DNA from: an uncultured Microthrixaceae bacterium
GTDB lineage: Bacteria; Actinomycetota; Acidimicrobiia; Acidimicrobiales; VFJN01
Reading direction: 5' to 3'
NCBI GenBank assembly: GCA_963703565.1
Contig: CAVPEW010000018.1
Location: forward strand, 610 to 64,609
Length of the DNA stretch: 64,000 nt
The stretch's first letter is position 1. Each line of letters starts with the position of its first letter. This document shows positions 16,668 through 25,340 of the stretch, one piece after another. Both the position numbers and the translations under genes were made by a program. Below the pieces are notes generated by a model. That model did no database searches, had not been told where the DNA came from, and saw only the letters and a program-made list of their open reading frames with translations.

Positions 16668-18326
16668 GTGAACTTCGGCTGTCCCGTAGGGTTCGCCGTC
16701 GTGGCTGACGCGGTGGTCATCGGCGCCGGGCCCAACGGGTTGGTGGCGGCCAACGTGCTGTGCGACCACGGGTGGTCGGTCGAGGTGCTGGAGGCCGCCG
16801 ACGAGCCCGGCGGTGCGGTGCGCAGCGCCGAGCTGACCGCGCCCGGCTTCGTCACCGACCGGTTCAGCTCCTTCTATCCCCTCGGGTTCGCATCTCCGGC
16901 GTTGGGCTCCCTGGACCTGGGGGCGTACGGCCTGCGCTGGGTGCGGGCCCCTGCGGTGCTCGCGCACCCGCTGCCCGACGGGCGGGCCGCCGTGGTCGAA
17001 GACGACCCCGTCGCCACCGCGGAGGGCCTGGACCTGTTGAGCGGCGGCGACGGCGCGGCGTGGCTGCGCCTCCAGGGACTTTGGGACCGGGTGGGCGGCG
17101 AGCTCGTCGAGACAGTGCTGTCACCGGTCCCGCCGGTGCGAGCCGTCGCCGCCCTCGCCCGAGCCGGCGGCGCACAGGGGCTCGCCGAGCTGGCCCGCCT
17201 CGTCCTGCAGAGCGCCCGCGACCTCGTGGAGGAGCGCTTCGCGGGCGAGGCCGCGAGGCTCTTGTTCACTGGGGCGTCACAGCATGCCGATGTCGCCCCG
17301 GAGTCCGCCGGATCGGCCCTGTTCGGATTCCTGCTCTGTGGCGCCGGCCAGGACGTCGGCTACCCAGTGCCCCGTGGCGGCGCGGGGGCCCTCACTGCGG
17401 CACTGGTTGCGCGTTTGCGCGCCGGCGGGGGGCTAGTGCACTGCGGTCGGGGGGTGACCCAGATCGAGGTGAGCGGCGGACGGGCGGTCGCCGTGCGCAC
17501 CGAGCAGGGCGACGTGGTCGCCGCGGGGCGCGCCGTGCTCGCCGACGTCGACGTCGTCTCGCTGTACCGCCGGCTCGTGCCAGCCGAGCACCTTCCCGAT
17601 GGCCTGGGGGACCGTATGGCCCGCTCGATGGCTCGTGGCCCCGCCACCTTCAAGCTCGACTGGGCTCTGTCGAGCCCGATCCCGTGGCTGGCATCGGCTG
17701 CGGCCCGTGCCGGGACCGTGCACCTCGCCCCCTCGACCGCCGCCCTCACGATCAGCGCCGCCGAGATCGCCGCCGGGCTGGTGCCGTCGGAGCCCTTCCT
17801 GCTGGTGGGCCAGATGACCACGACCGATCCGACCCGCTCCCCACCGGGCACCGAGGCCGCCTGGGCCTACACGCACGTGCCCCACCGGATCCTGGGCGAC
17901 CGCGGCGGCGAGCTCACCGGACGATGGGACGGAGCGGAGGTCTCGGCCATGGTGCGCCGGATCGAGGAGGTCGTCGAACGGCATGCACCCGGCTTCTCCC
18001 AGCGGATCGTCGCCAGGCACGTCCAGTCGCCTCCGTCGATGGAGGCCGCCGACGCCAACCTGGTAGGTGGCGACCTCTCGGGCGGGAGCGCAGCCTTGCA
18101 CCAGCAGCTCGTGCTGCGCCCGACGGTGGGCCTGGCCCGCCCGGAGACTCCGGTGCGGGGCCTCTACCTGGCCTCGGCCAGCGCGCATCCGGGCAACGCG
18201 GTCCACGGCGCACCGGGCGCCAACGCCGCTTACGCCGCCCTGGGGGAGCACCGCCCGTGGTCGCGCCCGGTGCAGTGGGCCACGGGCTCGCTGGCCAGGC
18301 GGTTGGCGCGTGCCGCTCTGGGATAG
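16668..18326 (+). CDS. Phytoene-desaturase-family NAD(P)/FAD-dependent oxidoreductase (CrtI-like)
   Basis: GTG at 16668 with GGAGGGGGA upstream. Dinucleotide-binding motif VVIGAGPNGLVAANVL...LEAADEPGG. The upstream part of ORF 15960..18326 overlaps pckG antisense and is rejected. Confidence 0.7.
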   Translation: MNFGCPVGFAVVADAVVIGAGPNGLVAANVLCDHGWSVEVLEAADEPGGAVRSAELTAPGFVTDRFSSFYPLGFASPALGSLDLGAYGLRWVRAPAVLAHPLPDGRAAVVEDDPVATAEGLDLLSGGDGAAWLRLQGLWDRVGGELVETVLSPVPPVRAVAALARAGGAQGLAELARLVLQSARDLVEERFAGEAARLLFTGASQHADVAPESAGSALFGFLLCGAGQDVGYPVPRGGAGALTAALVARLRAGGGLVHCGRGVTQIEVSGGRAVAVRTEQGDVVAAGRAVLADVDVVSLYRRLVPAEHLPDGLGDRMARSMARGPATFKLDWALSSPIPWLASAAARAGTVHLAPSTAALTISAAEIAAGLVPSEPFLLVGQMTTTDPTRSPPGTEAAWAYTHVPHRILGDRGGELTGRWDGAEVSAMVRRIEEVVERHAPGFSQRIVARHVQSPPSMEAADANLVGGDLSGGSAALHQQLVLRPTVGLARPETPVRGLYLASASAHPGNAVHGAPGANAAYAALGEHRPWSRPVQWATGSLARRLARAALG

Positions 18327-18358
18327 CAGCGCGACGGACGGCTGGGCTGTTGAGCCGC

Positions 18359-18553
18359 CTATCGGACGGCTTTGGCGATCTTGCCGGCCTTGATGCAGCG
18401 GGTGCAGACCTGGACCCGACGTGTTCTGCCGTCGACCACGGCCCGCACTCGCTGGATGTTGGGGTTCCAGCGGCGCTTGGTACGGCGATGCGAGTGACTG
18501 ACGCTCATGCCGAACGACGGGTGCTTGCCGCACACCTCGCAGGTCGCTGCCAT
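18359..18553 (-). CDS. rpmB: 50S ribosomal protein L28
   Basis: 64 aa: [34 protein letters not shown]... Confidence 0.92.
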   Translation of the reverse strand: MAATCEVCGKHPSFGMSVSHSHRRTKRRWNPNIQRVRAVVDGRTRRVQVCTRCIKAGKIAKAVR

Positions 18554-18606
18554 CGATCGGAACCTCTCGCTACGCCGGTCTCACCGGCCCATCACAGGGA
18601 CCGTGC

Positions 18607-18635
18607 AGCCTAGCGACGACCCCACGGGGCGACAA
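18607..18635 (-). promoter_or_regulatory. Sigma-70-type promoter of rpmB: -35 TTGTCG, 17-nt spacer, -10 TAGGCT
   Basis: Minus strand reads TTGTCG(18635-18630)-ccccgtggggtcgtcgc-TAGGCT(18612-18607), about 50 nt upstream of the rpmB SD/ATG. Confidence 0.5.
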
Positions 18636-18665
18636 GCGGGCTCGGGGCCCGGGGACAGGCGAGCC

Positions 18666-18671
18666 TATGAT
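18666..18671 (+). promoter_or_regulatory. -10-like box TATGAT, 9 nt upstream of ATG 18681 (candidate leaderless start)
   Basis: TATGAT-cgccgcccg-ATG. No SD is present. Confidence 0.45.
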
Positions 18672-18680
18672 CGCCGCCCG

Positions 18681-20309
18681 ATGCCAGCCCTGGAGCACCT
18701 CGGGCCCGTCGAGCTGGGGACCGCGATGGCGGCCTTCCGGGACGTTCTCGCCGCCCACCGGGAGTCGATCAACCGCTCGAACGTCTACCCCGTGCCCGAT
18801 GGCGACACGGGTACCAACATGGCCTCGACCGTGGAGGCCGTGTGCGCCGAGGTGGCCGGCAGCGGGAGCGGCGCGGATCTGGCAGCGGTATGTGACGCCA
18901 TGGCGCGTGGCTCGTTGATGGGGGCGCGGGGGAACTCGGGCGTGATCCTCTCCCAGATCCTGCGGGCGCTGTCCGACGCCGCGCTCACCGCGGGAGGCCT
19001 AGGCGCGCAGGACGTCGCGTCAGCACTGGCGGCGGCCGCGGATGCCGCCTACGCCGCAGTGCTGCACCCCGTGGAGGGCACGATCCTGTCGGTCGCCAGG
19101 GGGGCAGCGCTCGGCGCGGCCGGCCGCGGCCACGGCGGCGGGCTGGTCGACGTGCTCGAAGCGGCGCGCCTGGGGGCGGCGGAGGCACTGGCACGGACAC
19201 CCGAGCAGCTCCCCGTGCTCGCCGAGGCCGGCGTCGTCGACGCGGGAGGCCGAGGCTTCGTCTTGATGCTCGATGCGTTGCTGACCGTCGCAGACGGGCG
19301 TGCCCTGCCGGCAGCGCCCCCCGATGGGGCGCCAGGCGTGGCCTCCCCCTTCGGGGACGGGGGACCGGCCGAGGGGCCGGACGCCAATCGCTACGAGGTG
19401 ATGTTCCTGCTCGACGCGCCCGAAGCGGCCATCGAGAGGTTCAAGGCCGCCTGGGACGCCCTGGGCGAGTCGATCGTCGTGGTGGGTGGCGGCCGGTTGT
19501 GGAACTGCCACGTGCACACCGACGACATCGGCGCCGCGATCGAGGCAGGCCTCGAGGCCGGGCGTCCACACCGCATCCGCGTCACGGACCTGCGCGAGCA
19601 GAACGACGAGCAGGCCTGGGTGCGCGCGGTCCCGGTCGATCGGGCCCGCACCCGCTGCGCTGCGGTGGCCGTCGGAGCCGGGGCGGGAGTGGAGCGGATC
19701 CTGCGGTCGCTGGGCGCAGCAGAGGTGGTCGTGGGCGGCCAGTCGATGAACCCGTCGACAGCGGAGCTGTTGGAGGCGGTCGAGGCGGCTCCATCCGACG
19801 AGGTGGTCCTGCTGCCCGACAACAAGAACGTCGTGGCCGTGGCCGGGCAGGTCGACGCCCACACCGACAAGGTCGTGCGGGTCGTGCCGACGCGGTCGGT
19901 CACCGAGGGCTTCGCGGCCCTGGTGGCGTTCGACCCTGACGCCAGCGCCCACTCCAACGTCGAGGCGATGACCGCAGCAGCGGCGGCGGTGCTAGGTGGC
20001 CAGGTGACCCGCGCCGTCCGCCCCTCGCGCTGCTCCGCGGGCACGATCGCCGAGGGCGACTGGCTCGGCATCGACGGGCAGGACGAGATCGTGGCGGTCG
20101 AGACAGCGCTGTACGACGCCGCCGTCGGCCTGCTGAGAGCCCTGGTGGGGGAGCACCACGAGGTGGTCACCATCGTGGAAGGGGAGGGCTCCGGCGGGGC
20201 GGTCACCCGGGAGCTCGTGTCCTGGCTCGCCGAGCACCGCCCCGGTACGCAGGCCGACGTCCACCACGGTGGCCAACCGCTCTACCCGTACCTGTTCGGC
20301 GTGGAGTGA
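18681..20309 (+). CDS. DAK2 domain-containing protein (YloV family)
   Basis: MPALEHLGP...NVYPVPDGDTGTNM is the Dak2 phosphatase-domain signature, followed by a C-terminal DegV-like region. I prefer ATG 18681, because the ORF-track start at 18507 overlaps rpmB. Confidence 0.85.
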   Translation: MPALEHLGPVELGTAMAAFRDVLAAHRESINRSNVYPVPDGDTGTNMASTVEAVCAEVAGSGSGADLAAVCDAMARGSLMGARGNSGVILSQILRALSDAALTAGGLGAQDVASALAAAADAAYAAVLHPVEGTILSVARGAALGAAGRGHGGGLVDVLEAARLGAAEALARTPEQLPVLAEAGVVDAGGRGFVLMLDALLTVADGRALPAAPPDGAPGVASPFGDGGPAEGPDANRYEVMFLLDAPEAAIERFKAAWDALGESIVVVGGGRLWNCHVHTDDIGAAIEAGLEAGRPHRIRVTDLREQNDEQAWVRAVPVDRARTRCAAVAVGAGAGVERILRSLGAAEVVVGGQSMNPSTAELLEAVEAAPSDEVVLLPDNKNVVAVAGQVDAHTDKVVRVVPTRSVTEGFAALVAFDPDASAHSNVEAMTAAAAAVLGGQVTRAVRPSRCSAGTIAEGDWLGIDGQDEIVAVETALYDAAVGLLRALVGEHHEVVTIVEGEGSGGAVTRELVSWLAEHRPGTQADVHHGGQPLYPYLFGVE

Positions 20310-22438
20310 GGGGAGGGATGGCCCGGCGACTGCGCCAGCTGGCGGACCTGCCCGTCCAAGTGCTCGACGGCGTCGGTGGGGAGCGTGCAGAGGCCCTGGC
20401 CCATTTCGGCATCTCCAGCGTGCTGGACCTGGTGACCTTCTACCCCCGGCGATACCTGGACCGCACCCGTCAGGAGTCCATCTCCGACCTGCGCACCGAT
20501 GACGAGGCCATGGTGCTGGGCCGGGTCGTGTCCGCGTCGACACGTCGGACCCGCGGGGGCCGGGCGCTGGTGAGCATCGAGATCACCGACGGAACCGGGC
20601 GGCTCCGGGTGAGCTTCTTCAACCAGGCGTGGCGGCTGCGCCAGCTGCCCGAGGGCACCGAAGCGGTGTTCTTCGGCCGGGTGGGAGACTTCGGTGGTCG
20701 CCGGCAGATGACCAACCCCGTGGTCGATCTCGTTGGTGACCGGACCGGGCGGATCATCGCCGTGTACCCCCAGTCCGAAAAGGTCCGCCTCACCTCCGCG
20801 GAGGTGGACCGGTGGGTGGCCGAGGCGCTGGCGCGGGCCGGGTCGTTGGTCGACCCGGTGCCGGAGGCCGTGCGCGAGCGCCACGGCCTCATCGGGCGCA
20901 CGGCTGCCTTCGCGGGCATCCACCGGCCCGAGTCCATGGCCGCCAAGGAAGAGGCGCGCCGTCGGTTGGTGTTCGACGAGCTGCTCGTCATCCAGCTCGC
21001 GCTGCTGTCGCGCAAGGCGTACCTCGAGCGCTCCAGCGTGGGGTTCCGACATGGTCCTCCCGGATCCCTGGTGGCCGCGCTACGGGCTCGGCTGGGCTTC
21101 GAGCTGACGCCGGACCAGGACCGGGTACTGGCCGAGATCGCCTCGGACATGGCCCGTCCGGTACCGATGCACCGGCTCCTTCAGGGTGACGTCGGCAGCG
21201 GGAAGACGGTCGTGGCCGTGGCCTCGTTGCTGATGGCGGTCGAAGGTTCCCACCAGGCGGCGTTCATGGCTCCCACGGAGGTGCTGGCCGAGCAGCATCA
21301 CCGCGGGATCGCCGCCCTGCTGGAGGGCCTCGCCGTCGCCGATGGCGGCACGAGCCTGTTCGGGGAGCGGCCGCTGCGCGTCGAGCTGCTGACCAACTCG
21401 GTGACCGGTGCGGCCCGCGAACGCGTTCTCGCTGGTCTGGCCGACGGGTCGATCGACATGGTCGTCGGGACACATGCGCTGATCCAGGAGGCGGTGCGGT
21501 TCGCCTCGCTGGGTGCCGTCGTCATCGACGAGCAGCACCGCTTCGGCGTCGAGCAGCGGGCGGCGCTGCGCCACAAGTCCGGGTCGGGTGCCGTGCCCGA
21601 CGTGCTGGTGATGACGGCGACGCCCATCCCTCGCACGGCGGCGATGACGGTGTACGGCGACCTGGACGTGTCGGTGATCCGCGGCAAGCCGGCGCAGCGT
21701 CGGCCGATCGAGACTGTGTGGGTTCGCGACGAGTCGGCCCAGGCTGCGGCGTGGGATCGTGTGCGCGCCGAGGTGGCGGCCGGTCGCCGCGCCTACGTCG
21801 TGGTGCCGCTGGTCGAGGGTTCGGACAAGGTCGAGGTGCGATCGGCGGTCGAGACCCACGACGAGCTGGCGGGCGGCGAGCTGGCGGGGCTCCGCCTCGG
21901 CCTGCTCCACGGGCGGTTGCCAGCGGCGCGCAAGACCGAGGTGATGGACGCGTTTCGCGGTGGCCTGCTCGACGTCCTCGTCGCCACGACGGTGATCGAG
22001 GTGGGCGTCGACGTGCCCGACGCGACGGTGATGGTGGTCCTCGACGCCGATCGCTTCGGGATCGCCCAGCTGCACCAGCTCCGGGGCCGGGTGGGTCGCG
22101 GGCCGGACCAGTCGTGGTGCTACCTGGTCGGCAGACTCGACCCCGATGTCGACTCGCGTCGGCTCCAGGCGCTCGAGGCCAGTGACGACGGCTTCGAACT
22201 GGCCGAGATCGACCTCGACCTGCGCGGCGAGGGCACGGTGTTCGGCGAGCGCCAGAAAGGTCGGTCGGATCTGCGGTTGGCGTCGCTGCGGCGTGATCGC
22301 GAGTGGGTGGCCACGGCCCGCCGGGAGGCGGCCGGCATCCTCGACGCCGACCCGGGGCTCGCCGCTTCGCCGGAGCTGCGCGACGAGCTGGAGCTGCTGG
22401 GGGATCCGGCCGACGCCGAGTTCCTCTTCAAGAGCTGA
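20306..22438 (+). CDS. recG: ATP-dependent DNA helicase RecG
   Basis: 710 aa. An OB wedge region is followed by GDVGSGKT, DEQHRFG and TATPIPRT motifs. The GTG overlaps the yloV stop; an alternative ATG is at 20318. Confidence 0.92.
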   Translation: MRGGMARRLRQLADLPVQVLDGVGGERAEALAHFGISSVLDLVTFYPRRYLDRTRQESISDLRTDDEAMVLGRVVSASTRRTRGGRALVSIEITDGTGRLRVSFFNQAWRLRQLPEGTEAVFFGRVGDFGGRRQMTNPVVDLVGDRTGRIIAVYPQSEKVRLTSAEVDRWVAEALARAGSLVDPVPEAVRERHGLIGRTAAFAGIHRPESMAAKEEARRRLVFDELLVIQLALLSRKAYLERSSVGFRHGPPGSLVAALRARLGFELTPDQDRVLAEIASDMARPVPMHRLLQGDVGSGKTVVAVASLLMAVEGSHQAAFMAPTEVLAEQHHRGIAALLEGLAVADGGTSLFGERPLRVELLTNSVTGAARERVLAGLADGSIDMVVGTHALIQEAVRFASLGAVVIDEQHRFGVEQRAALRHKSGSGAVPDVLVMTATPIPRTAAMTVYGDLDVSVIRGKPAQRRPIETVWVRDESAQAAAWDRVRAEVAAGRRAYVVVPLVEGSDKVEVRSAVETHDELAGGELAGLRLGLLHGRLPAARKTEVMDAFRGGLLDVLVATTVIEVGVDVPDATVMVVLDADRFGIAQLHQLRGRVGRGPDQSWCYLVGRLDPDVDSRRLQALEASDDGFELAEIDLDLRGEGTVFGERQKGRSDLRLASLRRDREWVATARREAAGILDADPGLAASPELRDELELLGDPADAEFLFKS

Positions 22439-22444
22439 CGGCGC

Positions 22445-22612
22445 TCACGAAGCGAGGTCCTCGGTCGTCAGCTCCAGGTACCAGACGTCGGCACAGTCGG
22501 CGCAGCGGTAGGCGACCACGTCGCCCACCTCCCAGCCGAGCTCGGGATCCTCGGGTCGAAGCCGGTGGCAGGTGCCGCCGCAGTCCACGCAGACGATCGT
22601 CGCCGCCACCAC
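22445..22612 (-). CDS. Unlisted small zinc-ribbon protein (55 aa, CxxC...CxxC)
   Basis: My own translation of the minus strand: VVAATIVCVDCGGTCHRLRPEDPELGWEVGDVVAYRCADCADVWYLELTTEDLAS*. GC3 is very high, GAGAGG lies about 9 nt upstream of the GTG, and an in-frame TGA lies 5 codons upstream. It is below the 60-aa cut-off of the ORF track. Confidence 0.45.
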   Translation of the reverse strand: MVAATIVCVDCGGTCHRLRPEDPELGWEVGDVVAYRCADCADVWYLELTTEDLAS

Positions 22613-22680
22613 AGTCCGAGCCTCTCACGCCCTGGCGGCAGCGGACAGAGCAGCCCACGGAGCCGCGGGCGCTCCGGCTC

Positions 22681-23241
22681 GTGATCGCTAGCGTCGCGGG
22701 GGTGCGGGTCGTGGCCGGAACGGTGGGAGGTCGACGCCTGGCGGCGCCGCCGGGACGCAACACCCGCCCCACCGGAGATCGCGTCCGCGAGGCCGTCTTC
22801 GCTGCGCTCGGCAGCTTGGGATGGGTCGAGGGGGCGACGGTGATCGACCTCTATGCCGGCAGTGGCGCGCTGGGTATCGAGGCCTTGTCCCGGGGAGCCG
22901 TGCACGCCACCTTCGTCGAGCGTGACCGGGCTGCGCTTGAGGCGCTGCGGTCGAACCTCGCCCACACGGACCTCGCGGCGCGCGCGACCGTGGTCGCCGG
23001 GTCGGTCGAGTCCCATCTGGCGCGCGCCGGCCGGGAGGGGCGCCGCTGGGACCTGGGCCTGCTCGATCCACCCTACGGCAGCGTCAGTTTGCCCGAGCTG
23101 CTGGGCCGGTTGCCCGCCGGCACTGCTGTGGTCGAGGCCGGCGCGAGCGGGCCGGCGTGGGTCGACGAGGTGGAGGGTTGGGAGGTGGTGCGCTCCCGTC
23201 GCTACGGCGCAGCGGCGGTGACCCTGCTCTCGCGGATCTGA
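22681..23241 (+). CDS. rsmD: 16S rRNA (guanine966-N2)-methyltransferase RsmD
   Basis: VRVVAGTVGGRRL..., IDLYAGSGALGIEALSRG, LDPPYG. The start is GTG 22681 or 22702. The upstream part of ORF 22303 is rejected. Confidence 0.85.
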   Translation: MIASVAGVRVVAGTVGGRRLAAPPGRNTRPTGDRVREAVFAALGSLGWVEGATVIDLYAGSGALGIEALSRGAVHATFVERDRAALEALRSNLAHTDLAARATVVAGSVESHLARAGREGRRWDLGLLDPPYGSVSLPELLGRLPAGTAVVEAGASGPAWVDEVEGWEVVRSRRYGAAAVTLLSRI

Positions 23242-23259
23242 GCTGCGCAGGGTCTGCGG

Positions 23260-23281
23260 GGCGGAGTCGGGCGACTCCGCC
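23260..23281 (+). terminator. 9-bp stem / 4-nt loop GC hairpin between rsmD and coaD (no U-tract)
   Basis: ggcggagtc-gggc-gactccgcc, 19 nt after the rsmD stop. Confidence 0.3.
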
Positions 23282-23348
23282 GCCGGTCGGTTCGCGTGGG
23301 GCTAGCGTTGACGGACCGAGAGCACCCGACAGGAGGCGCTGCCGCACC

Positions 23349-23828
23349 GTGACCACGGTCCTCTACCCGGGCTCGTTCGACCCGCTCCACAACGGCCACC
23401 TCGAGATCATCGAGGTGGCTTCCAAGCTGTTCGACCGGGTTGTCGTGGCGGCGGTTCGCAACCCGCAGAAGGGCGGCACCCTCTTCGATCTGGCCGACCG
23501 CCAGGCGATGCTCGAGGAGTCCCTCTCGCACCTGGACAACGTGTCGGTCACGATGTTCTCGAGCCTGGTCGTGGACCTGGCGCGCGAGGTGGGGGCCGAC
23601 TTCATCGTCAAGGGCCTGCGGGCGGTGTCCGACTTCGAGGCCGAGCTCCAGATGGCCCACATGAACAAGACGATCTCGGGAGTCGACACGCTTCTGATCC
23701 CCTGCGGGCCACCAGTGTCGTTCTTGGCGTCTCGGCTGATCCGTGAAGTCGCCCGCTTCGGTGGCGACGTCTCCTCGATGGTTCCCGCACCCGTGGCCAA
23801 GCGCCTCTCGGAGAGGTATCCCCGGTGA
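23349..23828 (+). CDS. coaD: Phosphopantetheine adenylyltransferase
   Basis: VTTVLYPGSFDPLHNGHLEII... AGGAGG lies upstream of GTG 23349. Confidence 0.9.
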   Translation: MTTVLYPGSFDPLHNGHLEIIEVASKLFDRVVVAAVRNPQKGGTLFDLADRQAMLEESLSHLDNVSVTMFSSLVVDLAREVGADFIVKGLRAVSDFEAELQMAHMNKTISGVDTLLIPCGPPVSFLASRLIREVARFGGDVSSMVPAPVAKRLSERYPR

Positions 23829-24418
23829 GCGACGACGACCCCGAGATCCCGCCCGAGCGTCCGGTCCGGCATCACGGCGCCGACGTGGAGCACCTGCTGA
23901 GGCGTGTGCACGACGTGGTCTCGTCTGCTCGGCCCATGCCGCTGTCGACGTCGGTCATGGTCAACCGCGACGAGCTGCTCGATCTGGTCGAGGGGGCGAT
24001 CGACCGGCTGCCCGACGAGCTGCGCGCCGCCCGCTGGTTGCTCAAGGAGCGCGAGGAGTACCTGGCCCGGGTGAAGCGGGAGGGGGAGGAGATCCTCGCT
24101 CAGGCCCGGGCGCGGGCCGAGCGCATGGTGCAACGCACCGAGGTCGTCAAGGCCGCCGAGCAGCGAGGCGTTCGTATCGTGGAGGCCGCCACCGCCGAGG
24201 CGAGCCGCCTGCGCAACGAGTGCGAGGACTACTGCGACCAGCGGCTGGGGAGCTTCGAGATCGTGCTGGAGCGAACCCTGAAGATGGTTGCCGCCGGACG
24301 CGCGAAGCTCCAGGGCAGCTTCGACGTCGGTGAAGGCGGCGAGCGCGAGGGTGGCGCTGCAGGGCCGGTGCCGTCTCCGGCTGCCGACGGCGCCGGGGTG
24401 TTCGACCAGGACCGTTGA
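23825..24418 (+). CDS. Coiled-coil protein resembling the mycobacterial SepIVA (DivIVA-domain) family
   Basis: 197 aa. RPMPLSTSVMVNRDELLDLVEGAIDRLPDEL and ...EASRLRNECEDYCDQRLGSFEIVLERTL resemble my recollection of the protein encoded next to DUF177/rnc in mycobacteria. Synteny is consistent. No search was run. Confidence 0.5.
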   Translation: MSDDDPEIPPERPVRHHGADVEHLLRRVHDVVSSARPMPLSTSVMVNRDELLDLVEGAIDRLPDELRAARWLLKEREEYLARVKREGEEILAQARARAERMVQRTEVVKAAEQRGVRIVEAATAEASRLRNECEDYCDQRLGSFEIVLERTLKMVAAGRAKLQGSFDVGEGGEREGGAAGPVPSPAADGAGVFDQDR

Positions 24419-24466
24419 GCGTGCCCGGTCCGTTCGACGTCGCGTTGAGCGAGCCTCCGGCGCCGG

Positions 24467-25012
24467 GTGGGCTCGCGCCGGGCAGTGTCGCTGACCGGCA
24501 CGCTGGCGTCGCTGTCCACCTCCGCCGCACGAGTCGACGACGACGCCGAGATCCGCTTCGAGGGCGAGGTCGAAGCGATCGAGGCGGGCCAGGTCACCGT
24601 CAGCGGCAGGGCGACCACCACCTGGCACGGCCCGTGCCGCCGGTGCCTCGAGGAGGTGAGCGGCCCGCTCGAGGTGGTCGTGTCGGAGCTGTTCGACCCT
24701 GCTGCGGGAGCCGACGAGGACGCCTACCCGCTCGACGGCGACCACCTCGAGCTGGCTCCGGTCCTGCACGACGCCGTCCTGCTCGCCTTGCCGATCGCTC
24801 CGCTGTGCGACCCCGGCTGTGCCGGGCCCGCCCCGGACGCCTACCCCACCGGCACCGATTCCCGGGGCGTGCCCGGCGAAGGCGGCGTAGGTGGTAGGTC
24901 CGGTCACGGCGGCGCTTCGGGTGACCCTCGGTGGGCCGTCCTGGACGCTCTGCTGGTGGGTGGGGACGAGCCCGCGGGGAACCACGGGCAGGCGCGGCAC
25001 CACACGACCTGA
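24467..25012 (+). CDS. YceD/DUF177 family protein (large-subunit ribosome-maturation associated)
   Basis: ...GRATTTWHGPCRRCLEEV...DAYPLDGDHLELAPVLHDAVLLALPIAPLC... is the DUF177 pattern, located upstream of rpmF. The N-terminus may continue upstream in another frame (see findings). Confidence 0.75.
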   Translation: MGSRRAVSLTGTLASLSTSAARVDDDAEIRFEGEVEAIEAGQVTVSGRATTTWHGPCRRCLEEVSGPLEVVVSELFDPAAGADEDAYPLDGDHLELAPVLHDAVLLALPIAPLCDPGCAGPAPDAYPTGTDSRGVPGEGGVGGRSGHGGASGDPRWAVLDALLVGGDEPAGNHGQARHHTT

Positions 25013-25055
25013 CTCCGGGGAAGCCCGGCGCTGGCGGCGGACCGGGCCCGATCGC

Positions 25056-25061
25056 TACCGT
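25056..25061 (+). promoter_or_regulatory. -10-like box TACCGT upstream of rpmF (leader about 80 nt)
   Basis: gcTACCGTg in the DUF177-rpmF spacer. This is the same hexamer as at three candidate leaderless starts. Confidence 0.3.
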
Positions 25062-25148
25062 GTCGGGCCGCCGTGCCGGCCCGAGCGGCGTCCGATCCCT
25101 CGCGGTCGCCTTCCGGCGCAGCACCACGACCAGATCCGAGGTCCACCG

Positions 25149-25328
25149 ATGGCCGTCCCCAAGAAGAAGACCTCCAAGGCCAAGAGCCGCAGCCGCCGGG
25201 CGAGTGCCTGGCGGCTCGATGTGCCGGCGCGCAGCGTGTGCCCCAGGTGCGGTTCGGCCAAGGTGCCCCACGTGGTGTGCGCGACGTGCGGCTGGTACCG
25301 AGGCCGCCAGGCGGTCGAGGTCGACTGA
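25149..25328 (+). CDS. rpmF: 50S ribosomal protein L32
   Basis: MAVPKKKTSKAKSRSRRASAW...CPRCGSAKVPHVVCATCGWY. GAGG lies upstream. Confidence 0.92.
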   Translation: MAVPKKKTSKAKSRSRRASAWRLDVPARSVCPRCGSAKVPHVVCATCGWYRGRQAVEVD

Positions 25329-25340
25329 GGCGACGGCACG

